A stretch of DNA of 64,000 nt, taken from positions 38,316,001 to 38,380,000 of the forward strand of contig NC_042997.1 of NCBI RefSeq assembly GCF_006345805.1, read 5' to 3'. The notes under the pieces were generated by a model, which was not told where the DNA came from, ran no database searches, and saw only the letters and a program-made list of their open reading frames with translations. This document shows positions 51,814 through 64,000 of this stretch, one piece after another. The translations under genes were made by a program, and so were the position numbers. Numbering within the stretch: the first letter of the stretch is position 1; the number at the start of each line of letters is the position of its first letter. This DNA is from Octopus sinensis (lineage: Eukaryota).

Positions 51814-51836
51814 AGAAGAAGAAGAAGAAGAAGAAG

Positions 51837-51868
<32 letters not shown>

Positions 51869-51890
51869 GTAGTAGTAGTAGTAGTAGTAG
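51814..51890. repeat. (GAA)n(GTA)n microsatellite
   Basis: Direct reading. Confidence 0.95.
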
Positions 51891-52039
51891 TCTTTTCTTC
51901 GTCACGAGTACCCAAGACTTTCAAGATAATAGAAAAGTAAAATACAAATAAAGGAACAAGAACAGCGAGAGATTTACAGTACAGAAATGAAAGGCAGTGA
52001 GGTCACCAAATTAATAAAGCAGCATAAACGAATCGATAA

Positions 52040-54616
52040 CACTGGACAACAAAGATTTTGCTACTGGTGTAAAAGCAGTTGTTTTAAAACTAAATCGTGG
52101 ACGCAATCAGAGTTATTCTAGCACGTCAGTTATGCGCATGCGCGAGGTTATAGCTAGATATGGGCTGAATTATAAAATTTGCTAAAATGAAAGCGGTCTT
52201 AATTCAAAATTAAAGAAATAACAACAATAAAACAAACGATGAGCAAGTTCATTATTTAGTTTAGTAACAGATGTATTTCTTTATTGCCCACAAGGGGCTA
52301 AACATAGAGGGGACAGACAAAGGGATTAAGTCGATTACATAGACCCCAGTGCGTAACTGGTACTTAATTTATCGACCCCGAAAGGATGAAAGGCAAAATC
52401 GACCTCGGCGGAATTTGAACTCACAACGTAACGGCAGACGAAATGCGGCTACGCATTTCGCCCTGCGTGCTAACGATTCTGCCAACTCGCCGCCAGTAAC
52501 AGATGGCCCTGACGCACTGGGTGCCATTCCAAATAAGTCAGTTTTTTCTTGGTAACCCTCGGTGTCTTTCGTGCTGCCGTCAGGTGTGGTATGTGTAGCT
52601 CTTGCTCTGCGTGAATACTGTTATAACTGTGTTCATTGTGTTGGATCATGAATAGGAGATTCTGTGGGAATCACCCAGACAACGTTTGTTAGGTCTGGAA
52701 AATTTACTCCGCGTGACCAGCGGAGGAACATTGCCGCTAAATTAAAAATTGCCTATAAATATTATTTCGGGTGCAAAGTTGGGTACCAAGACAAGAGGCG
52801 GGTACCTCATATATGCTACACCGTGTGTTGCTCAAGGCTTACACAGTGGCTGAATAGAAACGGAAGTGAATGCCTTTTGCTGTACCAATGGTATGGCATG
52901 AGCCAATCAATCATGTCTCTCATTGTTACTTTCACTTTTGACTAATATCAGTGGTTTCTCAAACAAGACCAAAGCAAAAGTTGCGTATGCAGATTGTAAG
53001 TCGACTCTAAAACTGGTCCCACATGATTTCGAAAACCCTGTCCCAGTTCTCCTATCACATGCTTCTCTTAAAAATCTTTACACCTCGCACGATGAACCCC
53101 TTGACTCTCCTATTGACGAAGTGTACGTAAGCTATTCTAAGGAAAATGAGCCATGCTGTTTTAATCAATAAGATTTGAACGATTTAGTAAGAGACCCAGC
53201 ATTTTCAAAGGAGAGAACAGAGGTTTTGGCATCCAAATTACAACAAAGGACCTTCCGACAGCAAGGTACGAAAATGTCCATTTTCCTTTCTCGCCATAAA
53301 GGCTTATCTGTCATTTTCAAGCAAGAAAATAATTCTTCTTTCTGTACTGACGTTAATGCACTCATGCAAAAACTAGGATACATGCATGTGACTAACGAAT
53401 GGAGAGAGTTTATAGACTCGAGTAAGGTTCGCCTCAAAGCTGTGTTGTCACATAATTGTAATGAAAACTTTCCATCCCTTTGGGCCATGTTGTCAGTATG
53501 GAATAAACTTATGAATCGAAGGAACTCTTTCTGAGAGGAGTTTATTACTCAGTTCACAAGTGGAATATTTGTGGTGATTTAAAGAGGTTTCCCTCCTCCT
53601 AGGACTGCAGCTGGCATATACCAAAAATATGTGCTTCTTGTGTGTTTGGAACAAGTGCGATGACAGCAATCGTTACACCGTAGAAGAATGGCATAAAAGA
53701 GATGAGCGCATAGTTGGTCAGTACAATGTTCAGCATATGCCACTGGTAGATCCGTAAAAGATCTTCCTTCCATCCCTTCACATAAAACTCGATAGCAATG
53801 ACACACGATAGTTGGGGCTTCCAGTACCTAAAAGTAAAATTTGGTGCAGAGAAAAGTGACGCAAAACTGAAAGCAGACATTTTTATAGGACTCGAGATCA
53901 GAAAATTGATATCTGATAGCAAATTCAAAGATAAACTGAATTTAGTTGAGCTGACGGCAGGCGATTTATTCGTGTTAGTTGAAAAGAACTTCCTTGGAAA
54001 TCATAGAGTTGAAGACTATACTAATTTAATAAACATCATGCTAAAAGTGTATGAAAGAATAGGATGCTGAATGTCCCTTAACATGCACTTCTTGTATTCT
54101 CATCATGATTTTGTTCCAACGAATAGTGGCACCCTTAGTGATGAGCATGGTGACAGGTTCCACCAGGATATATTTGAAATGGAAACGTGGTATCAAGGCC
54201 GGTTCAATCCACACAAGATGGGTAACTACTTCTGGTTCCTACAACTGGAGACCAGCACGATGCATAAGCACAAGAGCAGGTGTCTTAAACATTTCTGAGC
54301 TGCGCATATCAAAAATAAAGTGAGTATTCCTTTAACATAAATATTCTATGTACCATTATATTATAATACTATTTGCCTTGAACATAAATTTTCTATATAC
54401 AGTACTAATATCCTATTATAATAATTATTTACCTTGAACTTAACTATTCCTGACTCTAATATAGTATTAATATATAATTATGCGTATAACTTAAAATCCT
54501 GACGTGCTACAGCAATTCTGAGTTCAGATTTGAAATTAACGTACTCGATTTAGTTTAGTACAGCACCATATGTCTGGGTAGCAGACAAATCTTTTTTTTT
54601 TTTTTTTTACTCGGTG
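52040..54616 (+). mobile_element. Degraded DDE-type DNA transposon with long imperfect TIRs (superfamily not assigned); SINE A inserted at ~52270-52495
   Basis: Transposase remnants YFGCKVG.QDK..VPHIC, LTNISGFS, DSSK..LKAVL, SDEHG.RFHQDI.EME..YQGR; ends CAC...GTG with shared aaactaaatcg and tagcacgtcag. Confidence 0.8.
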
Positions 54617-54789
54617 TAATGAATATCAATAAGAATATAGAACAACAACAAAAACCCACACACATACGCACACACAAATGGAAAAAAACTTCAAAGAGTA
54701 ATTCGAAACTCATCACACATATTAATATTATAAGTGCTTTTTTCCATTTGTTATCGCCTATATACAGTCATATAAATAACGCACTTCTT

Positions 54790-55730
54790 CTTGGTTAACC
54801 CAGTTTCGTTACTCTAACATATATTTTGTAAATTTGCTAGGGGACCGAGTCACTGGCCCTATCCCCATCGTCATCCTCGAGTGATATCTGAATTTGATAG
54901 TGGTTTTTTTACAGTGGGGTAGCCAATATCTGGAACTGTCCCACGCTCGATAGTACCTATTCGACATATCTGCATAAATCAGTGATGATCGGGCACTACG
55001 TTCGCGTATAGGGACGTTTTCGTCAACCCGCATGCATCTCGGGAAGGTCCAACTTACGATAATACTAAGCTGGTAGAATATATCCCGAATGAGCAATGCA
55101 TCCCATGCCCAGTAGTGCATCCAGGTCAGGTATTTCTAGAAATTGTCCATAGGCCCTCGACTGAAACATCACTGAAATAGACCAGCCACTTCATTCTCGT
55201 CAAGGCACAGTTTCATTAAGAAATTGTCATTCTTGCGAGCGACTAGTCCCCTATAGAATACTATGGTGGAGCTTCTATCCACTGCAGTCCCCGACTGTCA
55301 GTGTGGTGGGTGGAAGTACGCCCGACAACAATAGATGCCAGGAGCTCTGCCTCTCTGCATTTGATCCAGGACTGCAGTTCTGTCAAAGAGATGTGCTGTG
55401 GGAAAATAAGTCTCACAGACGGTTATCATATCCGTTTACCTTTAAGAAAAGGCTGGAGAAGTCACAGCTTCAGCTCATGTTTATTTGTCATTAGCCACGG
55501 CATGTATAGCCCTCGACGCAGAGGATGATAACATCAAATGGACCGTCTGAGTAATGGAAGCCGTCTCATCCACGGCAAGTGTAAGAGCAAGCGTTCCATG
55601 AAGCGGAACAAGGCACGAGATGACAGACAAATGTAAATAACAGACAAAATGTAGGCGTTCACCACTTTCAACCTAGACTTCAGGGAAGAAGGTGAAGGCA
55701 AGGTACCTGACACGTGACGCACCTGTCAGC
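54790..55730 (-). mobile_element. Tx1/L1-like LINE ORF2 3' fragment
   Basis: SLKSRLKVVNAYILSVIY...LFRF...LPLLRRSI and MDNF.KYLTWMHY...LIRD..Y....FPRC (post-RT/zinc-finger region). Confidence 0.65.
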
Positions 55731-55749
55731 TAGCTGCCTTTTACTGCCG

Positions 55750-56345
55750 AAATAATGGTTTCAGATTTTGGTGCAAAGCTAGCAAATTCTGGGAAGTGGG
55801 CAGTCGATTACACCGGTCCCGGTACTCAGCTGGTACTTATTTTATCTATTCCGATGGAATGAATGGCAAAATAGACCGCGGCGGAACTTGAACTCGGAAC
55901 GTAAAGACGTGCTAACGATTCTGCCAGGTCGCCGACTTTTCCACTGCCTTAATAATCTTTTTTATTATAGGCACAAGGCCTGAATTTCGGTGGGGCGAGG
56001 GCTAGTCGACACCAATGCGTAACTTGTACTTACTTCACCGACCTCGAAAGGATGAAAAGTACAGTCGACCTCGGTAGAATCCGAACTCAGAACGTGAGGA
56101 CGGACGAAATATATATTTCTTTATTGCCCACAAGGGGCTAAACATAGGGGGGACAAGCAAGGACAGACAAAGGGATTAAGTCGATTACATCTACCCCAGT
56201 GCGAAACTGGTACTTTATTTATCGACCCCGAAAGGATGAAAGGCAAAGTCGATCTTGGCGGAATTTGAACTTAGAACGCAACGGCAGACGTAATACCGCT
56301 AAGCATTTCGCCCGGCATGCCAACGTTTCTGCCAGCGCGCCACCT
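55750..56345. mobile_element. Cluster of SINE family A relics
   Basis: Repeated ggtactt...tcgaccccgaaaggatgaaag...gaatttgaact segments. Confidence 0.75.
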
Positions 56346-59275
56346 TTCCCTGCCTTGATAGTAACAATAATACTAAAGACCATTTAAACAGATGTGACAG
56401 ACTTCATTGTTTCACCAACTTTCACCAATTTCACCAATTTTCAATACAAGGAAGCATGAAGCAAATCTACACACTGCTCTGCCCAAGACACAAGGAAGTT
56501 CTAACAGTTTAACAGGTTTACAGTGTAAGTACGCAACAACAAGAGGGATGAAGTCAAGATTTTAATGTAATATTGCGATACATTCATAAGAAACTTCTCT
56601 TTGTAATGATTTCTAATATATCAGTAAGATAACAAATTTTGGAAGGAGGGTTAATCGATTTAATTGTTGCAGCTAAACAAATAGTAATTATTTTCGTAAT
56701 TGAGAAATCTGAAATGTAAAGTCGAAGCCAGTAATATATTTGGAATTGATAAAGTGGCGAAATTGAATACCTCAAAGCTAATTTGCCCGCCACCTTACCA
56801 GTTCTGCCATCCACTAGATTTATTGAAGTAAGTCCTAATTTAAGTCGAAGAGCACAAATTTCTGGATTCGATTATATTGTTATATAAATTCCATTATTTA
56901 ACTTGCACGATACTTATTTTATTGACGCTGCAAAACAAATTCGACTTTGGCTGGATTTGAACTCAGAAAAATATATTTAAACCACCGCTCCACAGATTTC
57001 GTTGCTAGCTGCTTTTATTTTTTTCATAATTTTGCTCTTTTGTTTTTGTTTCTTTTATATATTTTTGCTCGCCTCTCAACCGACTCTGCCACTCCATCGC
57101 CCTTGTAACAATAATAATAATTTTATGAAAACTTTATTTCCATTAGTACGATGAATCAAGGATACTGTGATTGCAAACTAAAACTGATTTTCGTCGAATT
57201 TTATGGGTAATAATCATTCGATTAATTGGTAAAAGTTCCATTTGTTAATTGAAATCAGTTCCATGCAAGTTAAGGTTTGCTTGGCGTGAATTAAACATTC
57301 AAGCTGGTTGAGCTTTGAAATTAATTATTCATAAAATAAAAGAATTTTTATTCGTATTTTACAGATTTTGTGGCTGTTGTTATTACTGAAATTATATTCC
57401 TCTCGTTATAGAAGGTGTTATTGCTATTGTTGTCTTCTGTTGTTATTATTATTGTAATTTAATGGTGAAATGTCTGAGTACTGGTGCTATAATACTATAG
57501 AGGTATCTGGAAAACCGCGATTTAAGATTGAAATTTGTATCCAAGCTGTCATTTTCCTCTTCACTTCAGTTCGTACATATGAAGTATTTATACCAAAGTT
57601 AAGACACATTATACCAGCTCACTTTTATTTGTATTGCACGACAACACAGCTTCATCGCTACATCAACAGCAAACAGACATGTGAGATTCACAATAACTAG
57701 AATTTCTACAGTAATATACAGCGAGTGCAGCAGCATCAAGCAGTTCGATTAAGTATCGATTCCTCGTTGCATTGGATTCCAGCTGGAATGATGCAAAACA
57801 CCATCAAATCATTTGAAATGTTTACATGTTGGTTAGTTGAACCATTACAGCGGTCGACAAAAGAATTTACATAGTTTAGTTATGGCCCTTTGTGTTCTAG
57901 GTTCAACTCATGCCGATGTCGTCAACTTGTGAATTATCGTTCTGGAGTCGATGAAATAAAATAACAGGCATAAGGATCGACATAACAACAATACTCTTCC
58001 CCCTGTGCGGGAAATCAATATTGTCGGTGTTTACTTTGTCTTCGAGGCTGTAACTAGCAGAATAAGTAGAGATCTGAATAAAAATGTCTCGTAATATTTA
58101 GTTGTTACTAAATATTACGAGACAGAATGGTTAGCACGCCGGGCAAAATGCTTTGATCGATGTAATCGACTTACTCCCACCTCTAAAATTGCTGGCCTTC
58201 TACCAAAATTTGAAAGCAAAATTTAGTTGTTACTGAAGCGGCGAGCTGGTGGAATGGTCAGCATTTCTTTCGAATTTACGGTTTGAGTTCAAATTCCACC
58301 GTGGTCGACTATGCATTTCATCATTTCGGGGTCGATTAAATAAGTAACTGCCGAAAGACTGGTCGATGTAATCGACTTACCCCTACCACAAAATCACTGA
58401 CCTTGTGTCAAAATTTGAAAACAGCATTAACTTGTTATGTCTCTTCATGCTGGTAGTTCAAATGTCGATAAGAAACAAATGCTAGTTTTATATTAAAAGA
58501 TTAGAACGCTGGACAAAAATGATTTGCATGTCTCATTTTTGTGACATTAAAACCGCCGTACTTGATAAAACTAATTATTACACACATGTGAGTGAGAACA
58601 CTCTGAGATATTTTTGGTATCTAACATATGTCAGATACTGCGAGCGCTGCTTCTGATTGGTCAATCCATGGTGATGACCCGAGGTCACGGTGACGGCACT
58701 ACTTTTGTCATTCATAAGTTACAACTAAACTTCATTCATTACTTTCACGAGCAGGTAGAATGTAGCCATGTAATTAAACAAACATACTATCTTTTTTATA
58801 CCAGATATCACTTAAAGTCATATACACATAAAATATAAATATTTCTAGTGGTAATTCAATTTTTTGTTGCCAAAAAATCACGATGCAAAGCGACCTCGTC
58901 TCACAGATAATGAGGACTGTTAAGTTTTACTGGACTGCATGGACTGTTGTGCTCTACTCTGACTGACATTGCTACTCGAAAACAGGTTTGAGTATTATTA
59001 AAGTTATTGAAGATTCAATCTGTGTTATGTATTTCTTGAACGTGAACTTGAATGTTAACAAAATGTTAAACAGTCATCAGTTATCAGTCATTTCACCTGA
59101 AACCTTAGCGCTATAAAGTCGGACTATCTTCCTGCGGCATGACATCTTTTACAGTTACACATTGTGACGTCACTGACGTGAAATCAAGCTGTATTCATGC
59201 GCGCTTCAACACGATGTGAAGAATTTAGTTATTGGATTAATAAAATATGGTCGTTTATTCGTGTGTAATAAATAA

Positions 59276-59419
59276 AATACCAAACTCATTCCCTATGGAT
59301 ACCGTATTTATTACAACGAGTGGCTTGTAAACGTATCTAACGAGCGAAAGCGAATTAGATACGTTTACAAGCCACTCGTTGTAATAAATACGGTATGCAT
59401 AGGGAACTCGTTTGGTATT
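59276..59419. repeat. Hairpin with a 40-bp perfect stem and a 14-nt loop
   Basis: 59301-59340 is the exact reverse complement of 59355-59394; imperfect pairing continues outward. Confidence 0.9.
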
Positions 59420-59772
59420 CTCTATGTACTTGTAATATACTGCGGCTTGATTCTCATGACAGTATAACTCGTCTCATAAATTTCTGTATTTGTACCAATG
59501 TATGGAATCAATATTTCCTTTATCGTCTATGCAGATAAATTAGGAAAAGTGCTGAACCGACTAAACGTTTATAACAAGATCGCTCTACCTTCTGTAAAGA
59601 GCAGACAACTCAACATCCTACTGTTTGCAATTGTCTCTTAAAATGATGAAATATTGGATAATGCAGTCTGGATTAAAGTGTTTCGAAAAAATACCAGACT
59701 GTCATAACTGGAGTGTCTTTCATCATAGTTATTTTCAACCTGCACCAACGAGAAGTTAAACAACTATATAAA

Positions 59773-60262
59773 TACTCTATTTACAATTGACGGATATTTG
59801 TCCTCATCTTGTTTGTTGTTAGCACAACATTTCAGCTGATATACCCTCCAGCTTTCATCAGGTGTCTTGGGGAAATTTCGAACCTGGGTTCTCATTCGTA
59901 AGGTATATTTGATGTTGTTGTTATTATTATTATTATATTATTATTATTATTATTTTTCGGGTCACTGGCTGCAATCGAACTCGGAATCTTGGAGTTAGTA
60001 GCTACTAACCCCAAGATTCCGAGTTCGATTCCAGCCAGTGATCCGAATAATAATAATAACAACAACAACAACAACAACAACATAAAAATACCTTTGGAAT
60101 GAGAACACAGGTTCGAAATTTCCCCAAGACGCCTGATGAAGGCTGGAGGGTATATCAGCCGAAACATTGTGTTAACAACAAACAAGATGAAGATAAATAT
60201 CCGCCAATTGTAAATAACGTAAACAATGTACATAATTCCTCATCTCTTAAATATAGAACTAT
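59773..60262. mobile_element. Penelope-like palindromic insertion (inverted pLTR pair) with two CUGAUGA hammerhead motifs and an 11-bp TSD
   Basis: Spacerless centre gttagtag|ctactaac at 60001/60002; hammerheads at 60129-60172 (+) and 59822-59865 (-); aactatataaa at 59762-59772 and 60263-60273. Confidence 0.8.
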
Positions 60263-60424
60263 AACTATATAAAAGAATGAATAAATTTTGGTGCTTTAGG
60301 AGAGTGTTTTGTTGGTTTGATATTGCGAGCAGGAATAAATAATAATTATACAACGAAGAAGGTAATCGGCAAATAAGAACAACGAGGGTAACAACTGTGT
60401 CAGTAGCTACTTTGTACATCCAAT

Positions 60425-60456
60425 TTTCTGTTTCTGTTTGTTCTGACCTATCTCTA

Positions 60457-60525
<69 letters not shown>

Positions 60526-60682
60526 ATCTCTCTATCTATATCTCTCTCTATCTATATCTATCTATATCTCAATATCTCTTTATCTATCTCTCTCTGTCTA
60601 TCTCTCTCTATCTATCTCTCTATCTATATATCTCTATCTATATCTCTCTATATCTCTATCTATATATCTCTCTATCTCTTTA

Positions 60683-60716
<34 letters not shown>

Positions 60717-60750
60717 TTATCTCTCTCTCTTTATCTCTCTCTCTCTTAAA
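60425..60750. repeat. Compound (TC)n/(TA)n/(TATC)n microsatellite
   Basis: Direct reading. Confidence 0.95.
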
Positions 60751-61145
60751 CAGGTGGCACTATATTAAATTAGATATATTTTAATGAAGGGGTTGACGAA
60801 TTAAAACAAAACTGTAGCGCCTATAGGAGCCGAAACATTGATAGTATCTGTGTAACTGCCACAGCTCATTTCCATAATAAGATAGGACACATTAATGAAC
60901 AAGATATCTAACATGAGTAATGTCGACAGCAAATAGATCAATCATACAAAACGTTACAAAATCTTACCTTACTGTTTACGAATAATAATCAAAATAACAG
61001 GAGGAGATAGCCGAAAGGTAAATAAAAGGAAGACCTTACTATCCCGAGTATCTTGCAGTAACATCGATGAAATAAAACAGCAATGGATGAGAATATTGTA
61101 TAAGTAATGCATTTATTTATTACTTGAATTTTGTCTTATAAGTAA

Positions 61146-61651
61146 CTAGCAGTATCGCCCGGCGTTGCTCGGGTTTGTAAGGGAAATAACTATATAAGAA
61201 TTTTTAGAGAGTTACTTCCCTTATAAATTCGGGCTTTCTTAGCCATTTTTGTTTTGGTGCCTTCAAGCCATGAAGTCGTTGTTCTAAAAGAACGCTGGTT
61301 TCCTTCACAACGCATTACGACGTTGATTTCTTTACACTCTCTTCCCCACAGCTTCACGAGGGAGGGAAGGGGGAGAAGCAAACAGGTGCAGCTGTGAGCG
61401 TGGACGCCAACTCCGCCGCCATCGACATACGATGCATTTTATGCATTAAAATGGAATAAAAAATGATGTTAAATTATTTTTAAAATCGTAGACTCATCGT
61501 TGACGCGCGCTAATAGTCAGACGGGCTCGATATGAATCACGACTATAAGATACCCGAATTTGGTTAAACTGCACCGCAAAATGTGGGAGGAGTTAGGAAT
61601 CTAAATCGAAGGGGACAGACACTCACACAACTAGAGTTTTATATATATAGA
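61146..61651 (-). mobile_element. Non-autonomous Helitron-type element with an extra ~200-bp internal segment
   Basis: Family termini present; 61225-61430 is absent from the other three copies. Confidence 0.8.
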
Positions 61652-62152
61652 TGTATTCCAAATATTCAAGCGATTTATCGACTCGCAAATGCATTTATAA
61701 TCATAAGGGATATCGACAGCAAACTATTTCAGATTAAAACAAAATACACCAAACAAACAAACAAATAAAAGCTATATCGTTCGACTCGATATTATAAGGT
61801 GTAACCTCACAATTAATTTCATATATGTACTCGAGAAATGGGAAATATAAAACATATTCATAGCTATAAACAAACACGTTGTTACGCGGTGATAATCATG
61901 AATATTTAAATAAATTGCCAGATTTTGTTCTTGACATTTAAAAGAAAAAAAGTGATAAATGGTCACGAGAGGAATGTGGTTCAACCCTAAATGCATAGTT
62001 TACGGCTATAAATCCACTCGCCGAATGAAGAGAAATTAATACTTCTCTAAATGTAACTTAGAATCCGAACGAACTGGCTGCTTTAAGAAGATGCATCCTT
62101 ATAACCTAAAAATTATCAGATACGAAAATAGAATTGTTGATAGAAAAAGAAC

Positions 62153-62570
62153 ATAGGCGCAGGAGTGGCTGTGTGGTAAGTAGCTTGTTTACCAACCACA
62201 TGGTTCCGGGTTCAGTCCCACTGTGTGGCACCTTGGGTAAGCGTCTTCTACTATAGCCTCGGGCCGACCAAAGCCTTGTGAGTGGATTTGGTAGACGGAA
62301 ACTGAAAGAAGCTCGTCGTATATATGTATATATATATATATGCGTGTGTGTGTGTGTTTGTGTGTCTGTGTCTGTCCCCCTAGCATTGCTTGACAACCGA
62401 TGCTGGTGTGTTTATGTCCCCGTTACTTAGCGGTTCGGCAAAAAAAGAGACCGATAGAATAAGTACTGGGCTTACAAAAGAATAAGTCCTGGGGTCGAGT
62501 TGCTCGATTAAAGGCGGTGCTCCAGCATGGCAGCAGTCAAATGACTGAAACAAGTAAAAGAGTAAAAGAG
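62153..62570 (+). mobile_element. SINE family B, full length
   Basis: Family B head, body and tail. Confidence 0.9.
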
Positions 62571-63563
62571 TATAATGAAAACAATAAAATAAAGACAAAC
62601 AACAAAAAACATTAAAACTAAAACTATTGTAAATCTAAATCACGAAGACAGACTAGTACAAATTAAAAAAAATATCTGAAAAAACTAACAAAATCGAAAA
62701 TAATCACACCGCCTTCAGCCTAACAATAACATAATTTCAAAAACGAAAACCTGAACACAAGAATTATGGTTTGAAAATTATAAAGTGACTATTTTCAGTA
62801 CTTTAATAATATAAATGTGGAAACATTTAAAGCATTAAATTGATAGATCTTAACATAGACCAAAAAAATACAAACATTTTAGGGTCAACAATAAAAGCAG
62901 GAATCATGCAGCCACCATCGTTATAACGATAATTCATCATAATAATAATCATCATAACGATAATATACAGCAACGATATTACACACAAAAGAAGGTAGAT
63001 ATTTCTTAATAACCGTCTATCTATGAATATTTAAACCCAAGTAAATAGCGTGCAAAACAAACAAGCAGGGACAGATAAATAAAAGATCCTTCAATCCTCA
63101 ATTTCTTCAAGAATAAAAGCGGTTAAATAAATCAGTAAACGTGCAACGTTAGAAAAGAAGCACTCGAAATCTAAAAACTACCTGAAGCAAGTTATTCTCA
63201 CGAAATCTCAACAAATACGAACGTATGAAAAGCGAAAAAACATTGAAAAGAATATATAAAATGCGCAGCAATATAAAACGATTTTCCCAAAACTAGGTAA
63301 ATAAAAGAAACATTTATTAGCAGTGCCAGTTGAAAATATCAAGAGACTTTTTTTTAATGTTAAGAAAGTATATGTGCAGTGGATGGACGACTTCGAGCGA
63401 GGAAATTCACGTCATCAAGCGCACCATCTGCACATTTGCAGAGATAATACAAAACATTGCCAGAAACTAAAGAATATGAGCAAAATGAAAGAACTAGGAA
63501 ATAGTAAACTTCCATACTGCTTGCTAAAATAACTAATATGTCTGCAAAGTGTGTCTACAAATA

Positions 63564-63961
63564 TCTTTATATATATCAAAGTGAGGTTGTGTGCTGTCTG
63601 TCTCCTACGATTTAGATTCCTAACTACTCCCACATTTTGCGGTGCAGTTTAACCAAAACCGAGTATCTTATAGTCGTGATTCATATCGAGCCTGTCTGGC
63701 TATTAGCGCGCGTCTACGATGAGTCTACGATTTTAAAAATAATTTACCATCAATTTTTCTCATTTTTAATGCATTTTTGGCATATATAAGAGAAGTAACT
63801 CTCTAAAAATTTATTATTAAATCTCAGAACGTAAAGAGCTACAGTAACCCCCCCCCCTTGTGGTTAGCCATATTGAGATGGCTATTATACTTTACATCTC
63901 TAAAAATGCTTATATAGTTATTTCCCTTACAAACCCGAGCAACGCCGGGCGTTACTGCTAG
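63564..63961 (+). mobile_element. Non-autonomous Helitron-type element
   Basis: A|TC start, cccgagcaacgccggg hairpin, CTAG|T end. Confidence 0.85.
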
Positions 63962-64000
63962 TTCTATGATATAATGAATCATCGTGTGCACGGTGGACAG

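Noticed and set aside
55303-55528. FDPGLQFC / CCG resemblance to galaxin
   Set aside because: It lies antisense to a Tx1/L1-like ORF2 relic; coincidental

Overview
Repeat-dense eukaryotic DNA. It is most likely cephalopod (Octopus-like), inferred from the tRNA-derived SINE families, the (TA)n/(AAT)n microsatellite load and a galaxin-type gene. There are no prokaryotic features, and most ORF-track entries are microsatellite or transposon artefacts. The one host gene is a minus-strand secreted galaxin-like Cys-rich protein. Its main exon is 1064-2370. A TATA/Inr promoter and signal-peptide exon appear to lie about 9 kb upstream (11222-11333), and an orphan paralogue of that promoter/exon sits at about 39.1 kb. 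The rest is mobile DNA: Dong/R4-type RLE LINEs stacked in (AAT)n tracts; RTE, CR1-like, Tx1-like and Gypsy fragments; mariner relics; four Helitron-type elements; three SINE families; and Penelope-like (PLE) pieces. Highlights: (1) a 365-bp tandem-plus-inverted array (5969-7620) with a type I hammerhead ribozyme (compensatory U3-A8 core) in every complete unit, i.e. a retrozyme/PLE-like element; (2) an unrelated ~489-bp array (30416-34220) with the same tandem-plus-inverted, (TA)n-targeted architecture, whose empty target site is preserved in a neighbouring duplication; (3) an ORF1-only, TSD-flanked retroelement resembling half-L1; (4) a PLE terminal repeat that appears to join a tRNA-like Pol III promoter to a hammerhead. 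All calls were made by eye. Boundaries of degraded repeats are approximate (tens of bp), and no ribozyme activity or database identity has been verified.
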